From: Mobula hypostoma
Lineage: Eukaryota
NCBI RefSeq assembly: GCF_963921235.1
Contig: NC_086108.1
Location: forward strand, 60,452,001-60,512,000
DNA: 60,000 nt
Direction: 5' to 3'
Of this stretch, positions 12,401 through 24,196 are shown piece after piece. The notes beneath the pieces are model-generated. The model saw nothing but the letters and a program-made list of their open reading frames with translations. It searched no databases and was not told where the DNA came from. Within the stretch, counting starts at the first letter, position 1, and every line of letters starts with the position of its first letter. The position numbers and the translations under genes were made by a program.

Positions 12401-14990
12401 ATCCAATCCCTATGTACTTATTTACTTAATTTTTCCATTTTTTTTTATCCCTTTCCCAAATCTTTCCCTTTACTTGTGTTAATTCTCTATTTTCCAAAAA
12501 AAAACAACAAACATTTAGACTAGGGGTTCTTACGTTAGCAATATTACTGTGTTGATGAGAAGAGCAATATAAATCATTAGGAGAGTCATCTAAAGTCTGC
12601 TCGCATTGGGGTTATATATTCAATCCATTTATTCCAGATTTGATAAAATGTTTCTTTTTGAGTTCTCAGGGAGTAGGTCAACTTTCCCATTTTAAATATT
12701 TCCAAGATAATTTCGTACCAATCTTCTAATGTAGGTGGTATTGGATTTAGCCATTTTCTAGTGATTGATTTCTTACTTGCCGCTAAGAGGGCCTGCAGCA
12801 ACTTTATATCTTCCTTCTGTTCAAGGAACAATACATGCCCCAAATAGAGCGTCTCAAAGTTCAGAGGTATCTGGGACCTAAGTACCTTAACTAATGTTCT
12901 ATGAATACCTTCCCAAAATAGACTTAATTTAGGGCAATCCCAGAAAATATGAAAATGATTTGCCTCCTTAGAGCCGCACCTTCTCCAACACATCACATTT
13001 GTATCTTTATACTTTTCCTGATATGGGGTCTTGAAGTATCTTATAATGTTTTTCCAACAATGTTCTCTCCAAGTCAAAGAATTAGTCGAGGACCATTGAA
13101 AGCAGCAGCTTTTCCCCCAAGCCTCCTCTGAAAGTACCAACCCCGCTTCGTTCTCCCACTTCTCTTTAATATACAGTGTATTTACATTTTTAGCATGGGA
13201 GAGTGCATTATATAGGCAAGAAACTGATTTACTAGGTATTGAACTGCAAGCCGAATTCAGAATCTTGAAAAATTCTAATTCTACTGTTGATAGGTCTGTA
13301 TATCTACAACTCTGGTTAACATAGTTTCGTATTTGAAGGTACCTAAAAAAGTCATTATGTTCTAGGCCATGTTTGTCCTGCAGGATTTGGAAACTTTGTA
13401 ATACTCTTTTATCTATAAATGAGAGGTAGGTTGTAAGACCTTTCTTTATCCATAGCTCAAATCTTTTATCTCCTCTGTTGGGAAGGAATTCGGTATCATA
13501 TGCACACCATCTAAAGAGTTTTAGCATGTTATTAATTCCACATGAATTAACCACCTTCTGCCATACTTTTAATGTAAGATTTATCCAAGCATTATTAAAT
13601 TTTTCCAACTGGGCCATCAATCCTTTGTCAGCTATTGAGGCCTGAAGAGGAAAACTGTCAACTAATCCAAATTCTATTTCCTTCCATCTAGCCTTATATT
13701 CCCTATTACACCAATATAACAGAGGGGTTATCTGTGAGGCATAAAAATAATTTCTCAGGCAAGGAAGAACCATACCTCCTCTTTCCTTCCCTAACTGTAA
13801 GGTGTTATATCGAATTCTAGGTTTCCTTCCTTGCCTAATGAAGCGGGAAATCCATTTGTCCCATTCCCTGAATTGATTATCATCCACCTCCACTTCCGTA
13901 AAGTACGGAAAAGATATAATAACCGAGGAAGAATATTCATTTTTATAGTATTTATCCTTGAATTTAAACTTAAAAAGGGGATAAGATTCCATCTATGCAT
14001 ATCTGCTTTTATCTCTGAGATTAATGGCCCATAATTTACCTGTGACAGTGTTGAAAGATCCTTCGGCAGGGTTATTCCTAAATATTTTAATGATTTAGCT
14101 TCCCACTTAAGATCGTATGTATCCTGCAATTTTTTGGATGGTGTATAATTTAGGGACATAACCTGCGTTTTCTTTACATTATTTTATAACCTGATATTTT
14201 CCCAAAGTCATCCAACAGTGTAAACAATCCTATAAATGATTTTTCTGGTTCACTCAGATAGACCAAAACATCATCTGCGAATAACGCCACTTTCTGTTCA
14301 ATCCCTGCCACCTTGATACCTTTTACGATTTCGCTCTGTCTTATTAGTTGGGCAAGTGGTTCAATATATAGCGCAAAAAGGAGAGGAGAAATTGAGCATC
14401 CCTGTCTAGTGCCTCTCTCTAAAATGAAGAAGTCAGAGAGGTCCCCATTTATCTTAATTCGGGCTGTTGGGCTGTCATATAGAGTCTGAATTAATTTAAT
14501 AAACCTTTCTTGAAAGCCGAATCTTCCTAACACTCTGTATAGGAATGCCCAACTAACCGAATCAAAAGCTTTCTCAGCGTCCAATCCTACTACCATTGTC
14601 TCTGTCTCGTTCTTATTAACCTGTTCTAATATGTGCAGAGTTCTCCTTATGTTGTCCTGTGTTTGTCTTTGTTGAATAAATCCAGTCTGGTCTAAATGGA
14701 TTAGGCCAGGTAAAAGCTTTTCCGATCTGTGCGCTAATATAGATGTAAATAGTTTGTAATCTAAATTAAGAACACTAATTGGCCAATAATTGCCACATTC
14801 TAGTTTATCTTTACCCTCTTTAGGAATAACTGAAATAATCGCTTCTCTCCAGGAAGGTGGTATGTCACCTCTTTCTAAAGATGTAATTTCATCTCTTACC
14901 AACAGAGCTTATGCCTTCCTGTCTGTCCTTTTGATACAAAGTATATCCTTTGATATTAAGCTCCCAACTACAACCAATGACATGACTATG
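9427..14990 (-). mobile_element. CR1 LINE (degraded endonuclease and RT), split by an L1-clade insertion
   Basis: Fragments GVSQGSVLGPLLF, YLDFQKAFVKVPH, GKAILDWVLCN, GIIYRP; ccataaga-type tail at 9427; sequence resumes after 14876. Confidence 0.9.
12034..14860 (-). mobile_element. L1-clade LINE, 5'-truncated ORF2 with poly(A) tail
   Basis: [37 protein letters not shown], and C-terminal CWRRC...HIFWDC knuckle. Poly-T at 12034. Exact 16-bp TSD tatgtcacctctttct at 12018-12033 and 14861-14876. Confidence 0.93.
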
Positions 14991-15880
14991 CCCATGCCAA
15001 CTATCAATTACCTATCTATGCTAATCCAATTTCAACTATAGCCTTCAATGCTTAGGTTTCGAATGCTGTGAATATACATTCCTCAATATCTATCTCAGCC
15101 ATGAAATAAAGGTGGGGAACAGCAAACTCTAGAAGTTAAGGTTGATACCACAGTAACTATAGTAAGGTAGGCTGCAGTTAAGAGCAGCACCTGAAGGATA
15201 AGTTTCTAGAAATGTTGTGACAATGGTCACAGCAAGGCAGGGGAGCTGTCTCAATGACTATCACCTAGTAGCAATCACATCTACTGTGATGAAGTGTTTG
15301 GAGAGGTAAGTCATGGCTCAGAAAACACTTGGACTGACTGCAATTTGCTGGCTGCCACAATGGGTCGACAGTGGATGCAATCCCAGTCCCTCCACTTGGC
15401 CTTGGACCACCTGAACAACAGCAGTACCTACATCAGACTACTGTTTATTGATAACCACTAGGTGTTGAACACCATCGTCACCTCAGTACTAATCAACAGA
15501 CTTCAAAATCTGGGCCTCTGTACCTCCCTCTGCAATTGGATCCTTGACGTCCATATCCAGCACAGTCAGTGTGGATCCCCTCCTTGCTAACCATCAATGC
15601 AGGGACACCTCAAGGAAGTGTACTTAGCCTATGCTGCATTCCCTCTACACTCATGATTGCGTGGCTTGACACAGCTCGAACACCAAATATAAATTCAACA
15701 ATGCCACCACTGCTGTCGGCAGAATTTCAGATGTCGATGAGGAGCCTGAAGACATGCACTCATTGTTTAGGAACAGCTTATTCCCCTCCACCATCAGACT
15801 TCTGAACAGTCAAAGAACCAATGTGTCCTACCTCACTAATTTTCTGATCTCTTTCTGCACGACTTATTTAATTATATATA

Positions 15881-17868
15881 TTGTGGATTCCAGTTAATTG
15901 GATCATCAGTTAATTAGGGCAGGCTCTTTTATTTGGGACAACTCTAGAAGAACGAAAACTAATCAACAAAATAGCTGGGATTCCCTTTGTTCATTTGGGA
16001 CACTATGCCACTTAACTGGGGCTGGAGACTGTTGCTGAACAGTTTCAAATTAGTGTTAGACACGTACACTTGTGTAGCCGTTAAGCGTTACACTGTGCTT
16101 AGTGTGAACAGTTCTAAATAGCGCCAGTTGCATGTGCTTGTGTTCAAAAAACAGTGATTTTTGGCACTGAAAATTGACAAGAAATAAGCAGCAAGACAAT
16201 TCAGAACTAATTTGCTCACTGCAGTTCCAAGCATTCAGGCTTCAAGATGCCAGAGATGGTTGGGAGTGAAGAATGAAATGACTTCACTACTTCAATAAGT
16301 TAGCAACTACAAAGAATTTGAAGATATTGACATCATCTTGGATGTTGCAATGAAAGTGAAGAGTTGGAGGATGCAGTCATTGATAGCATTGTATAGAAGC
16401 AGTCCACAGTCCATAAAATCCACAGTGGATTCCAGTTAATTAGAACTCATAGGGACTACGACTTAAGCGGCTACCCCAATTAGAACATGTTCATGGAAAT
16501 AATTAAATAGGTATAAAAAAAGACAAAGTCTCATTTAATTAACAAGTTATGTATTTAAATAGTCATAGTCATAATTTATTGATCCCAGGGGAAATTGGTT
16601 TTTGTTACAGTTGCATAATAAATAATAAATAGTAATAGAACCATAAATAGTTAAATAGTAATATGTAAATTATGCCAGTAAATTATGAGATAAGTCCAGG
16701 ACCAGCCTATTGGCTCAGGGTGTCTGACCCTCCAAGGGAGGACTTGTAAAGTTTGATGGCCACAGGCAGGAATGACTTCCTATGACGCTCTGTGCTGCAT
16801 CCCGGTGGAATGAGTCTCTGGCTGAATGTACTCCTGTGCCCAACCAGTACATTATGTAGTGGATGGGAGACATTGACCAAGATGGCATGCAACTTAGACA
16901 GCACCCTCTTTTCAGACACCACCGTCAAAGAGTCCAGTTCTATCCCCATAACATCACTGGCCTTACGAATGAGTTTGTTGATTCTGTTGGTGTCTGCCAC
17001 CCTCAGCCTGCTGCCCCAGCACACAACAGCAAACATGATAGCACTGGCCACCACAGATTCGTAGAACATCCTCAGCATCGTCCGGCAGATGTTAAAGGAC
17101 CTCAGTCTCCTCAGGAAATAGAGACGGCTCTGACCCTTCTTGTAGACAGCCTCAGTGTTCTTTGACCAGTCCAGTTTATTGTCAATTTGTATCCCCAGGT
17201 ATTTGTAATCCTCCGCCATGTCCACACTGACCCCCTGGATGGAAACAGGGATCACCGGTACCTTAGCTCTCCTCAGGTCCATCACCAGCTCCTTAGTCTT
17301 TTTCACAGAATAAATTAGAACACTACCGATACTACTGGTGACTGTCTGTCGTATTCGACAATGACAGGAAATCTATGTGGGAGAGTTTTTAAAGTGGAAC
17401 AGCCATTGCACTGGGGCAGTTCCACTCTCTCGACCTTGGAAGTCTCCGTCCAGTGATATGAGTAGACGTCACAACTGGAGTTTTCCCTGGTTGCAGTGGA
17501 TGACCATGACCTCTTTTGTGCCTTGTCACGCCCTTCGCTCTCCACGTGGAGTTGTAGAACAGCCTTTCTGGCCATTAGATCTCACTGTAGATCTCATCCG
17601 CCCAGAATTCGCATGCTAGAACAGGGATATGAGACCTGCCAGCTATGCTCACTATTCGCTTTAAGCACAGTGTAGAGTCTAACAGCCACACAAGCACACG
17701 CAACTGACACTAGTTCAAAACTGTTCGACAGCAGTCTCCTAATCCAACCAAGGGGTCGTAGTGTCCCAAACAAATAAAGGGATTCCCTTTAGTTTTTGTT
17801 TTTTTAGAGTTGTCCCAAATAAGCAGCTGCCCTGATTAACCAATGTCCCAATTAACTGGAATCCACTG
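15881..17868. mobile_element. Tigger/pogo-like non-autonomous DNA element(s) with nested insertions, inside an older Rex1-like fragment
   Basis: TIR (ca)gtggattccagttaatt at 15881 and 16423; its reverse complement ends at 17868; TA flanks. Confidence 0.6.
16561..17306 (-). mobile_element. Rex1/Babar-like LINE 3' fragment
   Basis: ORF 16707-17306; (gtcata)n tail. Same family as 2458-3151. Confidence 0.88.
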
Positions 17869-18173
17869 TATTTCTTATTGTAATTTATTTATTTTTTTTT
17901 TGAATTTATGTATTGCAGTGTACTGCTGCAAAAAAAAACAAATTTCACAACATATGCCAGTGGTATCAAACCAGGAGTGAGAAAGATCGGTCGGGTTGAG
18001 CAGTTTCTCAAAGAATCAATAAAAAAGTGTTTTAACAGCCGAACACAATTGATGCAGAATTTTATTGCTATTTTAGTGAAAGCAAGGAATGAATATTGTT
18101 CCAAGAATAACACATTAATGCGATTATTCGAATGAAATATAATTCTTTTGATTTGAATTTTTTTACTTTGTAG

Positions 18174-18325
18174 CCATAATTCATATATCCAGGCTGTGTA
18201 TGAGCTCGGTTTCCTTGCAAGTCACGGATTTAAAACCTTTCACTATCATTATGACCTTGTCTACTAGTTCACTCCTCATGGATACTGATTCTAGAAAGCC
18301 TGTGACCCGGCACATGCACACACAG
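18174..18325 (+). pseudogene. CYP4 exon 6 equivalent with three in-frame stops
   Basis: ttgtag|CCATAAT...CACAG|gtaaac; HNSYIQAVYELGFLASHGFKTFHYHYDLVY*FTPHGY*F*KACDPAHAHT. Stops at 18265 (TAG), 18286 (TGA) and 18292 (TAG). Confidence 0.92.
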
Positions 18326-18664
18326 GTAAACAATAATTGCCAGCATGTCTCATTACTCAACATTATTTAAAGGAATTAGCAAAGCAGAATTTGAAAATCA
18401 TTTATTTGCCTCTCCTTCCCTCTAAATACATTTTTATATTATTGACCTTGAAATTGCATTGGAATTATTCACTCTTGAATAACATTTCCCACAATTGCAT
18501 TAGTCTGGAAAGTTGTAGGCTCATGTTGAGTGACTTAAGCTCTTAGACCAATAATTCCTCATTATGGTTTCCCTTTCCCTTTTGTTATTACACAGCCATA
18601 CACTATGAATTGTTCTGTCTAGCTCTCTACTGGGTTACATTTATCCAAATGATTCTTTTACCAG

Positions 18665-18769
18665 ACAAAGTGATACGCCAAAGGAAGGAAGCATTGAAAA
18701 ATGAGAAAGAACTGGAAAGAATCAAGGAAAAGAAACCATGATTTTTTGGATATTCTTCGGGGCTCAAAG
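18665..18769 (+). pseudogene. CYP4 exon 7 equivalent with a 2-nt frameshift
   Basis: ccag|ACAAAGTG...TCAAAG|gttgat, 105 nt versus the usual 107. Reads DKVIRQRKEALKNEKELERIKEKKP, then DFLDILRGSK continues in a different frame. Confidence 0.9.
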
Positions 18770-18802
18770 GTTGATACCCATAAGTAAACATGCTTATGAA
18801 TA

Positions 18803-20388
18803 CAGGTGTCCCCCGCTTTTCAAACATTCGCTTTATGAAACCTCACTGTTACGAAAGACCTACATTAGTAACCTGTTTTCGCTTTCAGAAGGTGTTTTCA
18901 CTGTTACGAAAAAAAAGCACGCGATAAAAAAACAGCGCACGATAAAAGTCAGTGCACGCCCCGAGCAGCCGCTCTCCCCGGATTCGGAATGGCATTGCTT
19001 AAACACGTGCCTGTGAGCAGCCGTTTGCAAGATGAGTTCTAAGGTATCAGAAAAGCCTAAAAGAGTTCATCCTAAAGGTGTTACACTTGGCATAAAACTA
19101 GACATAATTAAGTGTTTTGATCGTGGTGAACGAAGTAAGGACAAAGTGCGTTTGGCTTGTGGAAGCTGACGAACATCATGTTGAAGAGGTTTTGGCATCC
19201 CATGACCAAGAATTGACAGATGAAGAGCTGATGCAATTGGACGAAAAAAGGATAACAATCGAAACTGAATGAGTAATAATAAAGTACGACTTTAATTTTG
19301 AAAGGGTATGTCGGTTTAGGGGATGTTTGCAGGATGGTTTGAGTCCTTACAAAGAACTGTGTGATAGAAAAATGCGCGAGGCTCAGCAGTCAAGCAAGCC
19401 TTCCACATCAGCCACAACAGATGACAAACCTCGACCTTCGACATCGAGGCGGGCAATCATAGGAGAAGATGAGCTGCCTGCTCTAATGGAAACAGAAGAT
19501 GACGAGATGTCACCCCAGTGTCCCACCACCCCAACCCCCAGGCCACAGACAGATACCGGTTCGTGGAGAATGCAACGGTAGCCGGGAGGCACACAGCACA
19601 TCTTTAAGAAAAAAGCCGAAACAAACATGCGAATTAATTAAGTGCCGCCCGACCCGTAATTGTCAGCCCAGATCATGGACGACGCAGTCAGAAATCGGCA
19701 CTGATCTGGGCCGACAATTACGTGCCGGACGGCACCTAATTAATTAGCATGCTTGTTTCCGCTTTTTTCTTAAGGATGTGCTGTGTGCCTCCCGGCTACC
19801 GCTGGACACCTGCATGCTTCGCGGCAATGTATCGCGCGGCGGCCTGGAGGGTGGGGGCCACTGCACCACCCAACCTGCGACAACTCAGCCTAACACACCA
19901 TCATCAGTGTGCTCGGCGCTGTCCCGATTCCAGTAAGTGATACTACACTGTACATACATTATTTCTACTTTAGATCGGCTGTGTATTTTTACGTGTTATT
20001 TGGTATGATTTGGCAGGTTCACAGCTTAAAGATTACTGGAGAGCGCTTGTGCCCCGTTTTTGCCAGTTGTGCTTGCGTGAGATTTTCTGCCGACGGCGCT
20101 TGTGTGAGATTTTCGCTACGGAGAACAGTTCAGTAATGATGGTGGAAAAGTATTTCTACTTTATATAGGCTGTGTATTTATCATATCATTCCTGTTTTTA
20201 CTATATGTTACTGTCATTTTAGGTTTTATGTGTTATTTGGCATGATTTGGTAGGTTATTTTTGGGTCTGCGAACGCTCACAAAATTTTCCCATATAAATA
20301 AATGGTAATTGCTTCTTCGCTTTACAACATTTCGGCTTACGAACCATTTCATAGGAACAGTCTACCTTCGGATGGTGGGGGAAACCTG
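18803..20388 (+). mobile_element. Tigger/pogo-like DNA transposon remnant
   Basis: TA|CAGGTGTCCCCC ... GGGGGAAACCTG|TA termini; decayed transposase-like fragments; inserted 33 nt after the CYP4 exon-7 donor. Confidence 0.75.
19576..19801. repeat. Internal inverted repeat with about 100-bp arms and a 26-nt loop
   Basis: 19576-19675 is the reverse complement of 19702-19801 with scattered mismatches. Confidence 0.9.
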
Positions 20389-20830
20389 TATTTGTCTTTT
20401 CCACTTACTGTTAAAGTCAAAGTGATGATCATGTCATTCTCCAAAATTTCTGTGATGCCATGTGATAAATTATTTGTGCAACATTTTCAGTTTATTAGGT
20501 GATCAAGATTGTATCTCTCTATAATGGGAAGAAAAAGGATAATAGACAGTGCCTCTAACATATCACTTCCATATGTATGCAACACAGTGTTTTGCATTTT
20601 TCTGTTTTGCTTTACCACATCCACCAGTGTCTAAAAGTTGGTTATAGAGACACTGCTGTGTACTGGTGTCTTCCTCAATATCTTGCCTCCTTCCATGTGT
20701 GACTTTTGAAGGTATACTGCTAAGTCCAACACATTAGACAAAAGCCATCCAACTGAGCCAACTAACATTCCGCTCCTGTGTCTACCCTTAGATGCTGGTT
20801 CCACTGCTTGCTGCCGCAGCCTTTTGAAGC

Positions 20831-21660
20831 TCAAAGTAAATTTATTATCAAAGTACTTACAGTATATGTCACTATATACAACCCTGAGATTTGTTTTCTT
20901 GCGGGCATGCTCAATAAATCCCATAACAATAATAGAATCAATGAAAGTCCACACCCAATAGCATGGACAACCAGTGTGCAAAAAAGAACAAACTGTTCAA
21001 ATATGAAAGAAAAAATAAGAATTAATAATAATAAATAAATATTGAGAACATGAGATGAAGTGTCCTTGAAAGTAAGTCTATACTGTACATTGTGATCATA
21101 TAGTGCAGTGATAAGGCAACTGAAGTTGAGTGAAGTTTGAAGTTCAAGACCCTGATGGTTGAGGGTTAATAAGTGTTCATGATCCTGGTGGTGTGAGTCT
21201 CGAGGCTCCTGTATCACCTTCCTGATGGCAGCAGTGAGAAGAGAGGATTACCCATGTAGTGGGGTTCCCTGATGATAGATGCTGCTTTCCTGCAACAACA
21301 CTCCATGTAGGCGTGGGAGGGCTTTACCCATGATGGACTGGGCTGCATCCACTAACTTTTATAGGATTTTCCTTTCCAGAGCATTGGTGCTTCCATACCA
21401 GGCTGTAATGTAACCAGTCAATATATTCTCCACCACACATCAATAGAAGTTTGTCAAAGTTTTAGATGTCATGCTGAATGTCGAGCTGTAATCGATAAAG
21501 GGCATCCTGATGTATGCATCTGCGCTGTCCAGATGTTCCAGGATTGAGTGAAGAGCCAATGAAAGGCATTTACTGGGGATCTGGTGTGTTGGTAGGCAAA
21601 TTGGAGTGGATCCAGGTAACTTCTCAGGCAGGAATTGATGTTTCATCACCAACCTCTCAA
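20831..21660 (-). mobile_element. Degraded Rex1/Babar-like LINE fragments
   Basis: SLALHSILEHLDSADAYIRMPFIDYSSTF RT fragment and a ttcaaagtaaatttattatcaaag-type tail. Confidence 0.6.
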
Positions 21661-22609
21661 AATGAAGGGGTTCCTAATTTTCACAAATGCTTATATCTCA
21701 TGCAATTTCCCTATTCACTCCTGAAATTTACTATAGAGTATGGATTAGAATGGTCTGGTGAGTAAAATTCCTGTCACCAGAGCACATAAATCACAGATTG
21801 GAGGTACCAAAGAGATCACCATTCTCCTGGTCGGAAACCAGTCTCAGGTAAGAAGTCCATAAGACCATAATCCATCTAAGTCCAGTGTAGAGGCCCAAAG
21901 GTCAAACCCAGTGAAGGCAAGGCCAAAGGTTGAAACCTGAAGGTTTACGACTGAAGGTAGAGGCCTGTATGAGTCATGAGGGTTTGAAGGAGTCACAAGG
22001 TCACCGGGGTTGAAGATCCACACAAGACTAGAAGCCAAGGCCTGAAGGTCAAAACCATGACTGGCATCCTGGAGTGCAGGCCAAAGTTGGAAGCCCTATG
22101 TCTATGAGTCTGACAATCTTAAGGACAAGGACCAGACTCTAGAGGCAGCCTGTCCTGGGGTTTGAGGCCTGTCTGGGTGTGTGAGAGGATGATTGGGAGG
22201 GATAAAATGGGTGCATGTTTTGCTCTTGTTATTTTGTTTAGTTGTTGATGTTGTTGCTGTTGTTTGTATTGCTCAATGTTATCTTGGTGCAGGAATGGGT
22301 AGCTCACTTGCAGACTGACCCCAACACATCCATGGGTATGCTGGTTGTTAACACAAATCTAGCTATATGTTTCGATGTATGTGTGATAAATAAATCTGAA
22401 TCGGAATCTGATCTCTGGATTAGAAAGACCATTTGATCTTTAAAAGGTTCAAATGTTTGAATATACTTTGACTTCACAAATATCTATATTTTTACTAAGT
22501 ATATAGGAGGAATAAATAATTTGTTTAATTTTCTAATGATTTTTCCATCAATTGCAAATGATTTATTTCTCTTCCACTGCCTTCTTTCAGTGAAAGTAAG
22601 TGACTTTGA

Positions 22610-22861
<252 letters not shown>

Positions 22862-23516
22862 TAGAATCCAAAAACCCAAGCTAGAAAAATATTTGAGTTT
22901 ATCATGTTTTAGAAAAGTTAGCATGAAAAATTGCACAGTTCCTTAATTCTGGATCGCAGAACATGTGCAAAACATCTCCAGATAATAAAGATAAAGCAGA
23001 TAAAAAGAGCGGATTTCAATGGTACGAGGGAGGACGAAGTGAAGAGATTCCTAAAGTTCAATGATTTTGCATCCAGTAAAATAGTTAACAATAGCCCTTA
23101 CCGAGTTATTTAAACTAATAATATTTGAATATTTAAAGTAAGCTATGAAAAATAAAATCAGAGTGCATTATACAAGACTCTTCAACTCATGTCAAGACAT
23201 CAACTGCAACTGAATACCTGATCCAGCTCTCATATTTGGCAATGAAAAAGATGCGTACATTATGAAGGCTCTGCAGCTGAACACTGTAAGCCTCATCAAC
23301 CACACCAACATTAGTAAATGGGTCCCTCCTGGATTTAACAATTTTTACCATTATCTATTTGCTGATAACGCTATTAAATATGTGATCTCTTAAAGTAGAC
23401 TTATTTAAAATATTTTAATTATTGGATACTAACAGATTATTTTTGATTGTTATTGGTTGGTGCCACTCTTCAGTAAAACCCTTGTTATGAATTCGAATTT
23501 CATTCTGTATTTGCAG

Positions 23517-23650
23517 GGAATTCCTGAGTACAATGCCATACAACACAATGTGTCTAAAGGAGTCTCTATGGCTTTTTCCCCCTCTTCCAGGATTGTTCAG
23601 GAAACTGATCAAACCTCTTGTATTCCCTGATGGAAAACAAGTTCCTGCAG
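23517..23650 (+). pseudogene. CYP4 exon 9 equivalent (K helix)
   Basis: ttgcag|GGAATTC...CCTGCAG|gtgtta, 134 nt; EFLSTMPYNTMCLKESLWLFPPLPGLFRKLIKPLVFPDGKQVPA. The ExxR motif reads ESLW (TGG at 23569). Confidence 0.93.
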
Positions 23651-24196
23651 GTGTTACAATTCAATAGGTTTTAAGATGAAAGAAAACTCTTACCTATTGA
23701 TGCATTGAATTACTTTTGGTGGATCCTATGTATATAGGATTATGAAGACATGTAGCCCTCTTTTATTATCATTTATTAATGCATGCATTAAGAAATAAAC
23801 ATTATTTCCTCCGGTATATTTTGTTTGTAAACAACTACTTTTCTGGACAAGCGATATCATGAATTCCAGATTAGGTGTATGCTGCTGTAAGTGACACATT
23901 GTTGATTCCAGCACAATAACAGTCATTATACTGTTTCTATGTCTCATGAAAATCATACATTAAGCCAATGAATCCTTTCAACTAAGCTTTTGGAATGCTC
24001 ACAACAGCTTTAGTGAGACTACAAAATGAGTGTAGGCATTATCAACAGTCTCTAGCACTGGCAAATTTTGTTACATTTTACCTAGAATGTTATGTTACTT
24101 CTGTTTAAACGTACCGTGGGTTAACAGTAAAGAATCATATTCTGGAAGAATTAGAGAACTTTTATTTACAGTAATAAACAAACACGTCTTAACTCA

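Noticed and set aside
21840..22410. Unclassified interspersed repeat with an aataaa-(tctgaa)n tail
   Set aside because: Probably a LINE or SINE 3' end, but no coding motif or TSD could be identified.
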